A program made the position numbers and the translations under genes. A model generated the notes under the pieces. The model did no database searches and was not told the origin of the DNA. It worked only from the letters and a program-made list of their open reading frames with translations. DNA of 64,000 nucleotides, taken from contig CAVTBB010000002.1 in the NCBI GenBank assembly GCA_963732855.1, positions 439,733 to 503,732 of the forward strand, written 5' to 3'. The DNA comes from an uncultured Methanomassiliicoccales archaeon (lineage in GTDB: Archaea; Thermoplasmatota; Thermoplasmata; Methanomassiliicoccales; UBA472). Positions 11,474 to 20,864 of the stretch are shown one piece after another (positions within the stretch are counted from its first letter, which is position 1; every line of letters starts with the position of its first letter).

Positions 11474-12204
11474 AAGTCATCGAGTATCTTCGGGAAAAGG
11501 TCCAGAAAGGGACAGTACACATGACGCTGATCGACCCCGCCAAACAGGAACCGGATCAGGCGGGGGACATCGCTTCAGCAGCGGATGGGTTTGGCACCGA
11601 TGCTATCATGGTCGGCGGTTCCACCGGCATCACCCAGGAGAACTTGGACGCAACCATTCTGGCCATCAAGAAGTGCACTAGGCTGCCGGTCATTTACTTT
11701 CCCAGCGGTGCGCACGCCATTTCCCCTTACAGCGATGCCATCTACTTCATGAGCATGCTCAACAGCCGCAATGTGAAGATGATCATCGGCGAACAGGTGG
11801 CCGCCGCACGGATCGTCAAGAAGCTCGGACTGGAGCCAGTTTCCATGGGCTACATCATCATCGAGCCAGGCATGAAGGTGGGAGAGGTCGGGGAGGCCGA
11901 TGTGATAAAACGTGATGATCCAAAGACGGCAGTCTCATATTCTCTGGCCGCGGAGTACATGGGCATGCAACTGGTGTACCTAGAGGCGGGAAGCGGCGCT
12001 CCCTCACCCGTTCCCAGCGAGATCATTGGCGAGGTCCGAAAGAACATTACGGTACCTTTGATCGTCGGAGGCGGCATCAGGGAGCCAGAGCAGGCTGCCA
12101 TGGTCAGGGAGGCCGGCGCAAACATCATAGTGACCGGCACGGTGGTCGAGAACGGCGAATACCAGGATAAGCTGAAGGCCATCATCCACGCGGTCAAAGG
12201 CTGA
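11470..12204 (+). CDS. Geranylgeranylglyceryl phosphate synthase
   Basis: HMTLIDPAK, IMVGGSTG, YLEAGSGA, VGGGIR. Confidence 0.94.
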   Translation: MKVIEYLREKVQKGTVHMTLIDPAKQEPDQAGDIASAADGFGTDAIMVGGSTGITQENLDATILAIKKCTRLPVIYFPSGAHAISPYSDAIYFMSMLNSRNVKMIIGEQVAAARIVKKLGLEPVSMGYIIIEPGMKVGEVGEADVIKRDDPKTAVSYSLAAEYMGMQLVYLEAGSGAPSPVPSEIIGEVRKNITVPLIVGGGIREPEQAAMVREAGANIIVTGTVVENGEYQDKLKAIIHAVKG

Positions 12205-12297
12205 TCAGGCCATTCATATTGTCATAAAGGATCCCGAGAATGCGGCAAGGGAGTCCTCAGCCACCAATATCGGCGTCAGTTGGATGTCTGGGAGAGG

Positions 12298-12888
12298 CTA
12301 GACCATTTTGAGCAGCATCTCGTGTATCCGGGTGTCATCGGACAGCTCCGGATGGAAGGATAGTGCAAGCAGGTTGTCCTGCCTGGCCATGACTACGCAG
12401 GAAGAGTGCATTGCCAATGGTTCGCAATTGCCCCAAACCTTGGTTATCAGCGGCGCCCGGATGAACACCGCCGGGAATGGAGAATCCAAGCCTTTGATGT
12501 CCAGCATATCCTCGAAGGATTCCCGCTGCCGCCCGAAGGCGTTTCGATCGACCGCCATGTCCATTAGCTTGAGGAGCTCGGTATCCGTCTTCTCCACTTG
12601 GTCGTCCCCCTCCTTTGAGAGCAGGACACATCCCGCGCAGGTTCCCATGATCGGCAGACCATCGTTCGCCAGGTCGATGATCCGGTCGAAAAGGTCGAAC
12701 CTGCGCAGTAGCTTCGATATGGTGGTGCTCTCCCCTCCGGGTAATACCAGGCAGGAGATGGCCTCCAGATCCTTGGGATTCTTGATCGATCTCACACTGC
12801 CCTCAAGACCGAGGTTAGCCATCGCTACCTTCAGCGCCGCAATGTGCTCTGGAGCTGCTCCCTGAACCGAAATCACACCTGCCCTCAT
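12298..12888 (-). CDS. pdxT: PLP synthase glutaminase subunit
   Basis: QGA..EH, PGGESTT, GTCAG, RNAFGRQRESF, FIRAP, FHPEL. Confidence 0.96.
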   Translation of the reverse strand: MRAGVISVQGAAPEHIAALKVAMANLGLEGSVRSIKNPKDLEAISCLVLPGGESTTISKLLRRFDLFDRIIDLANDGLPIMGTCAGCVLLSKEGDDQVEKTDTELLKLMDMAVDRNAFGRQRESFEDMLDIKGLDSPFPAVFIRAPLITKVWGNCEPLAMHSSCVVMARQDNLLALSFHPELSDDTRIHEMLLKMV

Positions 12889-12953
12889 ATCTTCAACTCT
12901 CGATTAACGATGTCGTAATTAATCATTGCCAAAATAGAGCAAAAGTGGTCGCA

Positions 12954-14375
12954 TTAGTCATCGTACTGCCCTCTATTATCCACCAGCGTGCGTTTGGTCG
13001 GCACGAATTCCGACCGGACACCGACCACATTGACCACCAGGGGCTCCATCAGGTCGTTCTCCGTGCTCGACTGGACCTCAGGGATCCCCAGGATCTTTTC
13101 CCGCAATAGCCTCTTGGCTTCCTCCAGGTCGCCATTGAACTCGACTGTGACCGTGAGGCGGTCACGGAACGAAGGCCTGTCGATGACCACCTGGTGTGAG
13201 ATGACCCCATGCACCGAACCGATCGCCTCGTCGAACAGATAGGGGTACACCTTCTCACCAAAACCGAACTTGGTCGTGTAGTCGATCCTTCCCTTCGGTT
13301 TGCCGATCTTGCCAACCGTTCTGAAACCGCAGCCGCAGGGAGGAGAGATGTAGCTGCTCAGGTCGTAGGACCGATATCGGAGCAACGGACTTCCGCTCAT
13401 GTTCAGACTGGTCCACACGAGCTCCCCATCCTTTCGGTCTGGTAAATGCTGACCGGTCTCAGGATCGACGCACTCGACCATATAGTCTGCCTCGTCAACG
13501 TGTATCCCGTCCTGAACGGTGCATTCGATGGCGGTGGCGAGCCCCATTTCCGTCATTCCGTACTGGGTCAGCGCCTTGCATCCCCAAGCGGACTCCAGCT
13601 CTCCCCTCATGGCCTCGGAGAGCGGCTCGGACGAGCAGATGATGGCCTTGATCCCCAGAGCTCTTAGGTCATGTTTGTCCCGGGCCAGCATCGTTATGCG
13701 GTAGATGAATGAGGTCAGTCCGATCAACATCCGCGTCTCGTTCTTCCTCATGGTCTCGATCTGCACGTCGACGTCGATCGAACTACAAACGACCGCGTTC
13801 AGGCCTGCCACCTTGCAGGCGCTATCGAGCATCAGGCTCGGGTCCCAGGCAGTGACCGCAGGGAACATGATCTGGAGCGTTTCCTTTTCTCTCAGTCCAA
13901 CCGTCCTCAGGGCGGCAGATATCGCGTCGACGATGTTGAGCACATCGTCCCTGGTGTAGAAAAGCCGCTTCTTCAGACCCGATGTACCTGAAGTCGTGAA
14001 TGCCCGCATCACCTTGGACTGCGATACGCAAAGGAAGTGGAACGGTTCTTCGGCCAAGGAGGCCGGTTCGGTAAGAGGGAACTTGACCAGGTCCTCGAAC
14101 TCCATGAACGATCCCGGGGTCAGCTTATTGTCTGTCATGACCTTGTGGTAGTAAACGCTGTTCCCGTCCACATATCGCATCAGCTTGCGGAACTTGAACA
14201 TCTGGTATTCCCGCAGATCGGCGCGGCTCACTTCGCTCAAAGAGGAGCGCCCCAGCACCCGGCGGAACTCCTTGTCGTCCTTAACCGTCTGGCGGACCTT
14301 CATGTTGATCCATTCCTCCAGCGGGTTCTCCGTCTCGGAATCGATATTCCTGGAGGTTAGCCTTCGCCGGGCCAT
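12954..14375 (-). CDS. AMP-dependent CoA ligase, PaaK/DVU_1553-like
   Basis: TTSGTSGLKKRLFYT..D, YGMTEMGL, PLLRYRSYDL, CGCG; start likely 14375, not the track's 14921. Confidence 0.85.
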   Translation of the reverse strand: MARRRLTSRNIDSETENPLEEWINMKVRQTVKDDKEFRRVLGRSSLSEVSRADLREYQMFKFRKLMRYVDGNSVYYHKVMTDNKLTPGSFMEFEDLVKFPLTEPASLAEEPFHFLCVSQSKVMRAFTTSGTSGLKKRLFYTRDDVLNIVDAISAALRTVGLREKETLQIMFPAVTAWDPSLMLDSACKVAGLNAVVCSSIDVDVQIETMRKNETRMLIGLTSFIYRITMLARDKHDLRALGIKAIICSSEPLSEAMRGELESAWGCKALTQYGMTEMGLATAIECTVQDGIHVDEADYMVECVDPETGQHLPDRKDGELVWTSLNMSGSPLLRYRSYDLSSYISPPCGCGFRTVGKIGKPKGRIDYTTKFGFGEKVYPYLFDEAIGSVHGVISHQVVIDRPSFRDRLTVTVEFNGDLEEAKRLLREKILGIPEVQSSTENDLMEPLVVNVVGVRSEFVPTKRTLVDNRGQYDD

Positions 14376-14496
14376 GGCGATCATGAAAGCCTTGACGGGA
14401 TGCACGCACCCCCATCGTTCTGCGTCCAATAATCCTTTGCGAAAGCATCGGTTGATACAGGTGAAGTTTTTTACCCCGGACCGTGATTGATAGGCT

Positions 14497-15270
14497 ATGT
14501 CGGAACGGTCATGGAAGGACGCCTCTGAACTGATCAGGAAGGCTACGAACTTGAGTACCAGCCCGATCTCGGTCTCGTTGCTCAAGGACGCAGCTAGCCT
14601 TCTCGACCTGCCGGGTGTTTCGATGGTCACGAACACCGCCCTGTGCCACATGCTGACCAGGGCGAAGTACCACCGCGAGGAAGGAATACTTGGCACCTCG
14701 GCCCAAGGTATGAAATGCATCTGGGCAGACGCGGCACTGGGCCTGATCCGCACACCCCAGAGATTGGCGGAGGGGGAGCTCAACCGCCCCTTCGTGAGGG
14801 ATGCGGCGGCGGGCAAGAGACTCCAGGATTCCATGTACATGCTCGGGGACACGGGAGCCCGATATGGCTCCGTGATCGTTTCCCCGCTGGACCTGACACC
14901 GGTCGAGCCAAGCGCCATCATACTTTACGTCAGCTCAGCCCAGGCCCTGAGGTTGATCATCGCGTTCGCTTACGAGAGAGGAGAATCGGTGGTCACAGAG
15001 ATGACTGGACAAGCCTCCGTATGCTGCGCCATCGCTAAGGTCGTGGACAAAGGCCAGGTGGTGGTCGACATTCCTTGCGTAGGTGACCGGGCGTTCGGTC
15101 TGACCGGTGAGAACGACATCATTGTGGCTTTCCCACCCTCCAAGGTCGACCAACTCCTGGAAGGGCTCAAGGCGACCGAACGTTCGGCGACCTACCCGTT
15201 CAAGCCGTTCATGCGCTGGCCAGTCCTGTTCCCTCCAGATATGGAACCTCGCCGCCCGGAGGTCGAATAA
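14497..15270 (+). CDS. DUF169 family protein
   Basis: LCHM, KCIWADAALGL, PSAIILY..AQALRL, GQASVC, PCVGDRAF pattern. Confidence 0.8.
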   Translation: MSERSWKDASELIRKATNLSTSPISVSLLKDAASLLDLPGVSMVTNTALCHMLTRAKYHREEGILGTSAQGMKCIWADAALGLIRTPQRLAEGELNRPFVRDAAAGKRLQDSMYMLGDTGARYGSVIVSPLDLTPVEPSAIILYVSSAQALRLIIAFAYERGESVVTEMTGQASVCCAIAKVVDKGQVVVDIPCVGDRAFGLTGENDIIVAFPPSKVDQLLEGLKATERSATYPFKPFMRWPVLFPPDMEPRRPEVE

Positions 15271-15335
15271 ACACCTCACCGAATATAGCCAGACCTTAAA
15301 TATGGGAAATCCGCTTCATCAAAAGAGGATTCCTA

Positions 15336-15647
15336 ATGGTTCTGACTCCGGAAATGGCCCGAAGGGGAATAACGCCGCAGTTACTGAGAACGACGAAGCA
15401 GATTACCTGCCCGAAATGCGGCAAGAGCTTCAGCCTGTTCCAGTCCCGCGCCATCGCCTGTGTCGGATGCCCCAAATCCGGCACCAGCTGCAATTACGCA
15501 CGCTGCATTCACTGTGATACCGAGTTCCCACTGACCGCCGAACCGAACTGGGTGGCGAACCGCGTCGGAGAGAAGAACCTCTCCAATTACATGAACAACA
15601 TCGTGAACAATTACAATAACAGCGTCGGGAAGACCAGGAATCGTTGA
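15336..15647 (+). CDS. Small Cys-rich metal-binding protein
   Basis: CPKC, CVGC, C, CIHC (7 Cys); TATA-like TTAAATA upstream. Confidence 0.75.
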   Translation: MVLTPEMARRGITPQLLRTTKQITCPKCGKSFSLFQSRAIACVGCPKSGTSCNYARCIHCDTEFPLTAEPNWVANRVGEKNLSNYMNNIVNNYNNSVGKTRNR

Positions 15648-15817
15648 GCAAGACGGTTTTTCTGGGGCCTTTTCATAAAGAGAAGGCCATTATCCCTTCC
15701 ATTGATTTCCTTTTGGACTTATTCTACATTCTTCTGTGACCTTCCGGGTTTTCTCCCGTCATGAGAAAAAAATGGAACTTTGACCCAGGGATCGGGTCAT
15801 GAAAGCGGATGAGGGGT

Positions 15818-17191
15818 TTAGGGTTTGTCGGCGTACTTCGACCACATCTCATGCCGATATAGCGTCCGTCCATCGCCACCGTTGATGTTGAACAGGCAGA
15901 AAGGTATCAGCTTGCCGTCCGGGGTAACGGTGTGGATGCAGCAATTGCATAGCCTTTCCGTCTCCACGTTCCAGGCGTCCTGGAATGCCATGGTGGAGAC
16001 GGTGAGATAGTTCGTCTTGGCCAGGTCCAGGAAGGAACCCCAGGAGTTCTCTCCCTTTTCCTCTTCGGGCTCGACCGTTAGCGACTCCTCGATGAAGCGC
16101 CACAGGTCGGATATCTCCTTTCTGGTCTTGGTGGCGATGGTCTTCGTTTCACGGGGTGGGCCTAGCGCTCTGCTAGTAAGCGGGAAAAGCGACCCATCCT
16201 CAAGGACCACAGACATGGACTTGGCGTCACAGTGTACGTTCGAGCAGGACGTCGGGACGAAGCAATCCGCCCTTAGCTCGCCCTTGGTCTGCTTCTCGAT
16301 GGCCATCAGCAGGTCCGGGATCGTTATCCGGTCGGTGTCACCGGGCTTGATCGGGTAGCGGCCGAAGTAACTGATCGGCTGGAAATGAATGCCTTTCACG
16401 GTAGGCACGTTCTTCTTGGCGAAGTTGACCACCTCGCCAATCTGGTTGATATTGATATTGGGCGAGACGACGCAGACGAGCGTTACCCCCATACCGACCT
16501 TGGCGCAGTTCTCGATGGTCTTGAGCTTGGATTCAAGCAGGTCCTTCCCGCAGGTGGCCATGTACACATCAGATGTCAGGCCGTCGAAAGAGAAGTACAG
16601 CGAATCGACACCGGCCGCCCTGACCTCCCTGAGGAACTCCAGGTCCTGGCCGAACCGGACACCGTTAGTGTTCACCTCAATATGATCGATGCCCATGCTC
16701 TTGCCCAACCGAACGATCTCGGGCAGATCGTCCCTGATCGTTGGCTCTCCTCCGCTGATCTGGACACAGATCGGGTGATCTACGTAATCGAGCATGGTCT
16801 GGTACATGCCCTTGATGACCTCCATCGAAGGGTGGAACTTGTACCGCTCGTTAGCGCTAGCAAAACATATAGGGCATTTCAGGTTGCAGCTGTTGGTGAT
16901 CTCCATCACTACCAGGCACGTATGCTGTTGGTGATCAGGGCAAAGCCCGCAGCCTTCCGGACATTTCCCGGTGGTCTGGACGGCGAGCTTGGCCGGTTTG
17001 GACTGTTCGCAAGCGTACCGGGTCAGGTCCTTGTAGTCTTGAACGCCCCGCCAGACGATGGTCCGGAACTTGCCATGCTCCGGGCATTCCTTGTCCAGAT
17101 AGATAACGTCGTTCTCCGCTACCTTCACCGCAGGTATGGTCTTGAGGCATTCCGGGCACAGGCTCAGGGTCTCCCCAATCATTTCGCTCAT
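15818..17191 (-). CDS. Radical SAM protein, TrsS-like
   Basis: N-terminal TLSLCPECL...KECPEHG, CPEGCGLCPDHQQHTC, CNLKCPIC SAM motif, SGGEPT, C-terminal AFQDAWN..RLCNCCIH..PDGKLIPFC. Confidence 0.85.
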   Translation of the reverse strand: MSEMIGETLSLCPECLKTIPAVKVAENDVIYLDKECPEHGKFRTIVWRGVQDYKDLTRYACEQSKPAKLAVQTTGKCPEGCGLCPDHQQHTCLVVMEITNSCNLKCPICFASANERYKFHPSMEVIKGMYQTMLDYVDHPICVQISGGEPTIRDDLPEIVRLGKSMGIDHIEVNTNGVRFGQDLEFLREVRAAGVDSLYFSFDGLTSDVYMATCGKDLLESKLKTIENCAKVGMGVTLVCVVSPNININQIGEVVNFAKKNVPTVKGIHFQPISYFGRYPIKPGDTDRITIPDLLMAIEKQTKGELRADCFVPTSCSNVHCDAKSMSVVLEDGSLFPLTSRALGPPRETKTIATKTRKEISDLWRFIEESLTVEPEEEKGENSWGSFLDLAKTNYLTVSTMAFQDAWNVETERLCNCCIHTVTPDGKLIPFCLFNINGGDGRTLYRHEMWSKYADKP

Positions 17192-17366
17192 CAGATGCAC
17201 CAGCTACTCCCGGCGTCGGAATGCCGTGCGGGCTCTTTTAGTTTTGCAAAAACTCCATCGATCCGTTCTTAAAACGAATACTGGATATCTTTATGGCGTC
17301 GCCCAATAGTGAGAAATGAAAAAAAGAATTTTCTTGGCCGTTCTTCGCGGCCAATTTGGGTTTGGT

Positions 17367-17822
17367 TTAAGCGCGCTTCTTCTCGAACAGACCTTCCGCA
17401 GCGGCTAGGGTCTTGATGGCGAGGTATTCCTCAACCATGGCGGTCTTGCACTTCGGGCAGACCAGGGCCGGACCCGACCGGTTGACGGTCATGTAGGTGA
17501 TGTTCACTTGACCTTGGTGGACGGGCTCATTGCAGTGGGCGCAGATCCATTCGGACTTGTCGCCAATGCTCTGAACGTCACCAAGTTCCATCCTGTGGGA
17601 GTATGCTGTCTTGACGGTCGCGGTCTTCTTTAGAATCCCGCTCTCCATCCCATACTCGGCATAGACGGTGACATCTCCGATCCTCTTCTTTCCGAGGTTG
17701 ATGTCGCCCTTCTTGAACTTCACTCCAGAGGACTCAGAGGTCTTTACGACGTCCTCGACGTCGGCCTCCTTTATTCCCCTCTTGCCCAGCACTTCCTTGA
17801 TTGCATCAGTTTTGACTTCCAT
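17367..17822 (-). CDS. DVU_1557-like redox protein fused to an AYSHRM-motif domain
   Basis: N-half RGI..DVEDVV..SE..G...VTVYAEY...AYSHRM; C-half WICAHC...CPKC...VEEYLA...AEGLFEKK; GGTGAGG RBS. Confidence 0.7.
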   Translation of the reverse strand: MEVKTDAIKEVLGKRGIKEADVEDVVKTSESSGVKFKKGDINLGKKRIGDVTVYAEYGMESGILKKTATVKTAYSHRMELGDVQSIGDKSEWICAHCNEPVHQGQVNITYMTVNRSGPALVCPKCKTAMVEEYLAIKTLAAAEGLFEKKRA

Positions 17823-17832
17823 TTTTGTCACC

Positions 17833-18951
17833 TCACCATGTTCCGTAGGTACCAAAGTCCTGGGCAGCCTTCACCAACGCTCTCATGTTGCCTGGCAACG
17901 TGTACGGGGGCGTCTCACAAGAGGTACCTAGGATGTATCCCTTCTTGGAGTCACGGCCCGCGAGTAGCTGGTCCTTGGCCTGAGTATAAACGGCCATCGG
18001 GTTCGGGTTGATCATGAGCTTGGTATCGACAGAGCCCATGCAGGTCGAAACACTCTCGAACTCGCTCTTCAGCTTGGCGGACGGGAACGGGTTCCTTCCA
18101 TCGTAACCAATGTGGGTAACGGTGAACGGGGACCAGACTACTGACTCTTTAAAGAGCTTGTAGTCGGTCACGTGGTTACCGCATAGGTGATAGAACACCT
18201 GCGGGCCAGCTCCGTGTCTGAACGCGCCATCGACGAACATCTTCATATTATCAAAGGAGTACTTCTTGACAGCCTCGTCGGAGAAGATATCGTTGTTGCC
18301 CAAGACGGAACCGACGATCAGCATGGCCATTCCATACGTGTCAGCCAATCCCTCTGCGCCGTTGATGGCGGTCTGGGTATAGTTCTTGACCAGCTTCATG
18401 GCCGCTTCCTCTTCGGTAAACGTCCACATGATGAAGTTCTCGACACCGACGAGTTCTGCGGCCGCTCCCACGAGGTCGAAACCGTATGAGATCGGGACAA
18501 GGGTCTGGGGCAGGTTCTTCTGAACATATCCGTAGATCCTCTTGAACATCGGCTGGGTCCATCCCTTCTCTAGCTCGGCCTTGTCCGGGATATGCATCTT
18601 GTCGACGTCGCCCGGTTCCGAGTAGATTGGTCCCTTCGATATTGGTGGCAGTGTGTCCTTGTATTCAAGGGTCAAACCAAGTTCGGTTACCCACGGCAGA
18701 GAGAAGAACCAGTGCGTAACGGGCAACAGGTCATACATCTCGTTCGCATATCCGACACAGTGTATTCCTAGTTCTGGCTTCTCGTAGAAGTCCCTGATCG
18801 TGTAACCGCAGACGTGCGCAGCATGCGACAATATAATCGCATCTACGTCTATCCTGTCGTGCGGCTTATCGACGAAGGGACTTGCGAATCTCTTTGTGGC
18901 GTTCGCCGCCCAATTCATGTTCCATGGTGGAAATAGCTCTTCATAGCCCAT
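17833..18951 (-). CDS. Methylcobalamin:CoM methyltransferase (MtaA/CmuA, URO-D fold)
   Basis: Zn ligands YHLCG (HxC) and GTSCETPP, GSVD, URO-D-like length 372 aa. Confidence 0.8.
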   Translation of the reverse strand: MGYEELFPPWNMNWAANATKRFASPFVDKPHDRIDVDAIILSHAAHVCGYTIRDFYEKPELGIHCVGYANEMYDLLPVTHWFFSLPWVTELGLTLEYKDTLPPISKGPIYSEPGDVDKMHIPDKAELEKGWTQPMFKRIYGYVQKNLPQTLVPISYGFDLVGAAAELVGVENFIMWTFTEEEAAMKLVKNYTQTAINGAEGLADTYGMAMLIVGSVLGNNDIFSDEAVKKYSFDNMKMFVDGAFRHGAGPQVFYHLCGNHVTDYKLFKESVVWSPFTVTHIGYDGRNPFPSAKLKSEFESVSTCMGSVDTKLMINPNPMAVYTQAKDQLLAGRDSKKGYILGTSCETPPYTLPGNMRALVKAAQDFGTYGTW

Positions 18952-19197
18952 TGAAATCCCCGTGTCTTGTAACTGCCTTCGAACATATTTAATGATTATC
19001 GTGTTTTCCCCGCAACATTGTTCCAAAAATGGTCCTATATCCCTGTTAATATTGAACATTGTTTCCAAAATATACATAATTATGTTTTTTTGTTTCATTA
19101 TCGTGGAAAAACGTTACATGCGAACTTGACAATATGACTCCCAATAAACGATTGAAAAGGTTTCCGACCACGTTTAAGAAATGAGTCGTAAAAGAAT

Positions 19198-20058
19198 CTA
19201 TGCATCACAAGACCCAACCTCGGTCGGGACGGCTCCTTTGTAGAAAAAGCGCTTCAACAGGACGCATAAAGCGAAAATGACGACACTTATTAGAACGATC
19301 GCTCCGCCAGCTGCGACGTCATAGAAGAACGATACCATCAGACCATCTATGACGGCGACGATACTGAAGATCACGCCTCCGACCATGGTTCCCTTGAACG
19401 AGCGGGACAACTGCATCGCCGAGGCTGCCGGTATGATGATTAACGCCGAGATCAACAGCGAACCCACGATCTTGATCGAGATGACCACCGTCAGCGCCAC
19501 GACAATGTTGAACACCAGGTCCATTTGCGATACCGGCACTCCCGCCAGCCGTGCGCCGGATTCATCGAAGGTCATGTGTAGGAGCTCCTTATAGAACACC
19601 AACGCGAATCCCAGGACCACGGCTGCCAACACCAGGACGAAGATGAGGTCACCCTCAGATACCGTCAGGATGGACCCGAACAGATACCCGAACAGGTCGA
19701 CGTTGAACCCGCCGGCCATACTAGCCAGCACAGCACCCAACGCCAATCCCAGGGAGAACAGGATACCGATCGCCGTCTCTGAATACACTATCTTCCTTTT
19801 CTGAAGCAGAGAGATCGAGATCGTTCCGAACAGTGCGAACACCAACGCCATATATAGTGGATATATGGAAAAGAACAGACCGGCTGCAATTCCTCCGAAT
19901 GCCAGGTGCGAAATGCCTTCCCCGATCAGTGATTGGCGTCTCAGGACGATGAACACTCCCAGCACGGAACATAGCACGGCCGCGCATATGCCGCCGATCA
20001 ATGCCCTTTGGAAGAAGCCCTGGCTCAGCATCCAGGTAATGTCGTTCAGGTCCAGCAC
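19198..20058 (-). CDS. Zn/Mn ABC transporter permease (ZnuB-like)
   Basis: GVFIVLRRQSLIGEGISH, YLFGSIL, VGSLLISALIIIPA. Confidence 0.92.
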   Translation of the reverse strand: MLDLNDITWMLSQGFFQRALIGGICAAVLCSVLGVFIVLRRQSLIGEGISHLAFGGIAAGLFFSIYPLYMALVFALFGTISISLLQKRKIVYSETAIGILFSLGLALGAVLASMAGGFNVDLFGYLFGSILTVSEGDLIFVLVLAAVVLGFALVFYKELLHMTFDESGARLAGVPVSQMDLVFNIVVALTVVISIKIVGSLLISALIIIPAASAMQLSRSFKGTMVGGVIFSIVAVIDGLMVSFFYDVAAGGAIVLISVVIFALCVLLKRFFYKGAVPTEVGSCDA

Positions 20059-20060
20059 CT

Positions 20061-20854
20061 TCAGACCCCCTTGATCTGGATGGGGTTGTCAAGCTCGCAT
20101 TCGTGGTGGTCGTGGTGGAACATGAACGTGAAATGCGGCCCATATGCCTGACGCAACACCGTGGTCGGGTCCTCCCCTCTACCACGTTCTCGTAGTACAC
20201 CTTACGGTTGACGACCGCCAACTTGTTCGCTTGGCACAGCACTCCTGAAAGGTCGTGGGAAACGGTGAGGAGGGTGATGTCCATTTCCTTCCGAAGGTCC
20301 CTGATCATTCTAACGAACTTGTCCTGGATGCACACGTCGAGACCGGTGGTCGCCTCGTCTAGCACCAAGAGGTCCGGCTTTTTTACCAGCGCCTTTGCGA
20401 TGAATATGCGCTGCTTCTGCCCCCCGGACAGCTGGGATATCTTGCGTTTCTTGTACGGCTCCAGCCCGACCAGCTGGATAGCTTTCTCCACCGCCTTCTT
20501 GTCCTCCTTGGTCAGACGCCGTCCCAGCCTGCTCCTCTTGATACATCCCAGGGATACGATCTCTTCCACCGTGGCCGGGAAGATGGGGTCGAACTGGATG
20601 GCGGTCTGGGCGACATACCCGATGCGCTCGAAGGCGTGGAAATTGTGGACGTCCTCTCCGAAAAGCGAGATGGTGCCATGAGAGATCGGGATGTTGCCCA
20701 GGATGGCGTTCAGCAGGGTCGTCTTGCCCCCACCATTTGGTCCGACTATCCCGACGACATCGCCTTTCTCAACCTTCATGGAGACGTCTTCCAGTATGAT
20801 GTTGTTGCCTAACTTCACGGACACGTTGTCGAGCTCGACTATGCTGTCGGTCAA
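20061..20854 (-). CDS. Zn/Mn ABC transporter ATPase (ZnuC-like), frameshift near 20175
   Basis: GPNGGGKTT, LSGGQKQR, LDEAT, VSHD; corrected C-terminus AYGPHFTFMFHDHHEC ends at TGA 20061. Confidence 0.9.
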
Positions 20855-20864
20855 ATGATCACCT

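Noticed and set aside
14376-14921. Long N-terminal extension of the AMP ligase in the ORF track
   Set aside because: It is antisense shadow of the DUF169 gene; ligase-like sequence starts near 14375.
15818-17191. Tetraether synthase (Tes) or MoaA call for the radical SAM
   Set aside because: It shares the N-terminal Cys domain with Tes, but the shorter length, the AFQDAWN/CCIH C-terminus and the DVU_1553/1557-like neighbours fit a TrsS-like protein better. An HMM search would settle this.
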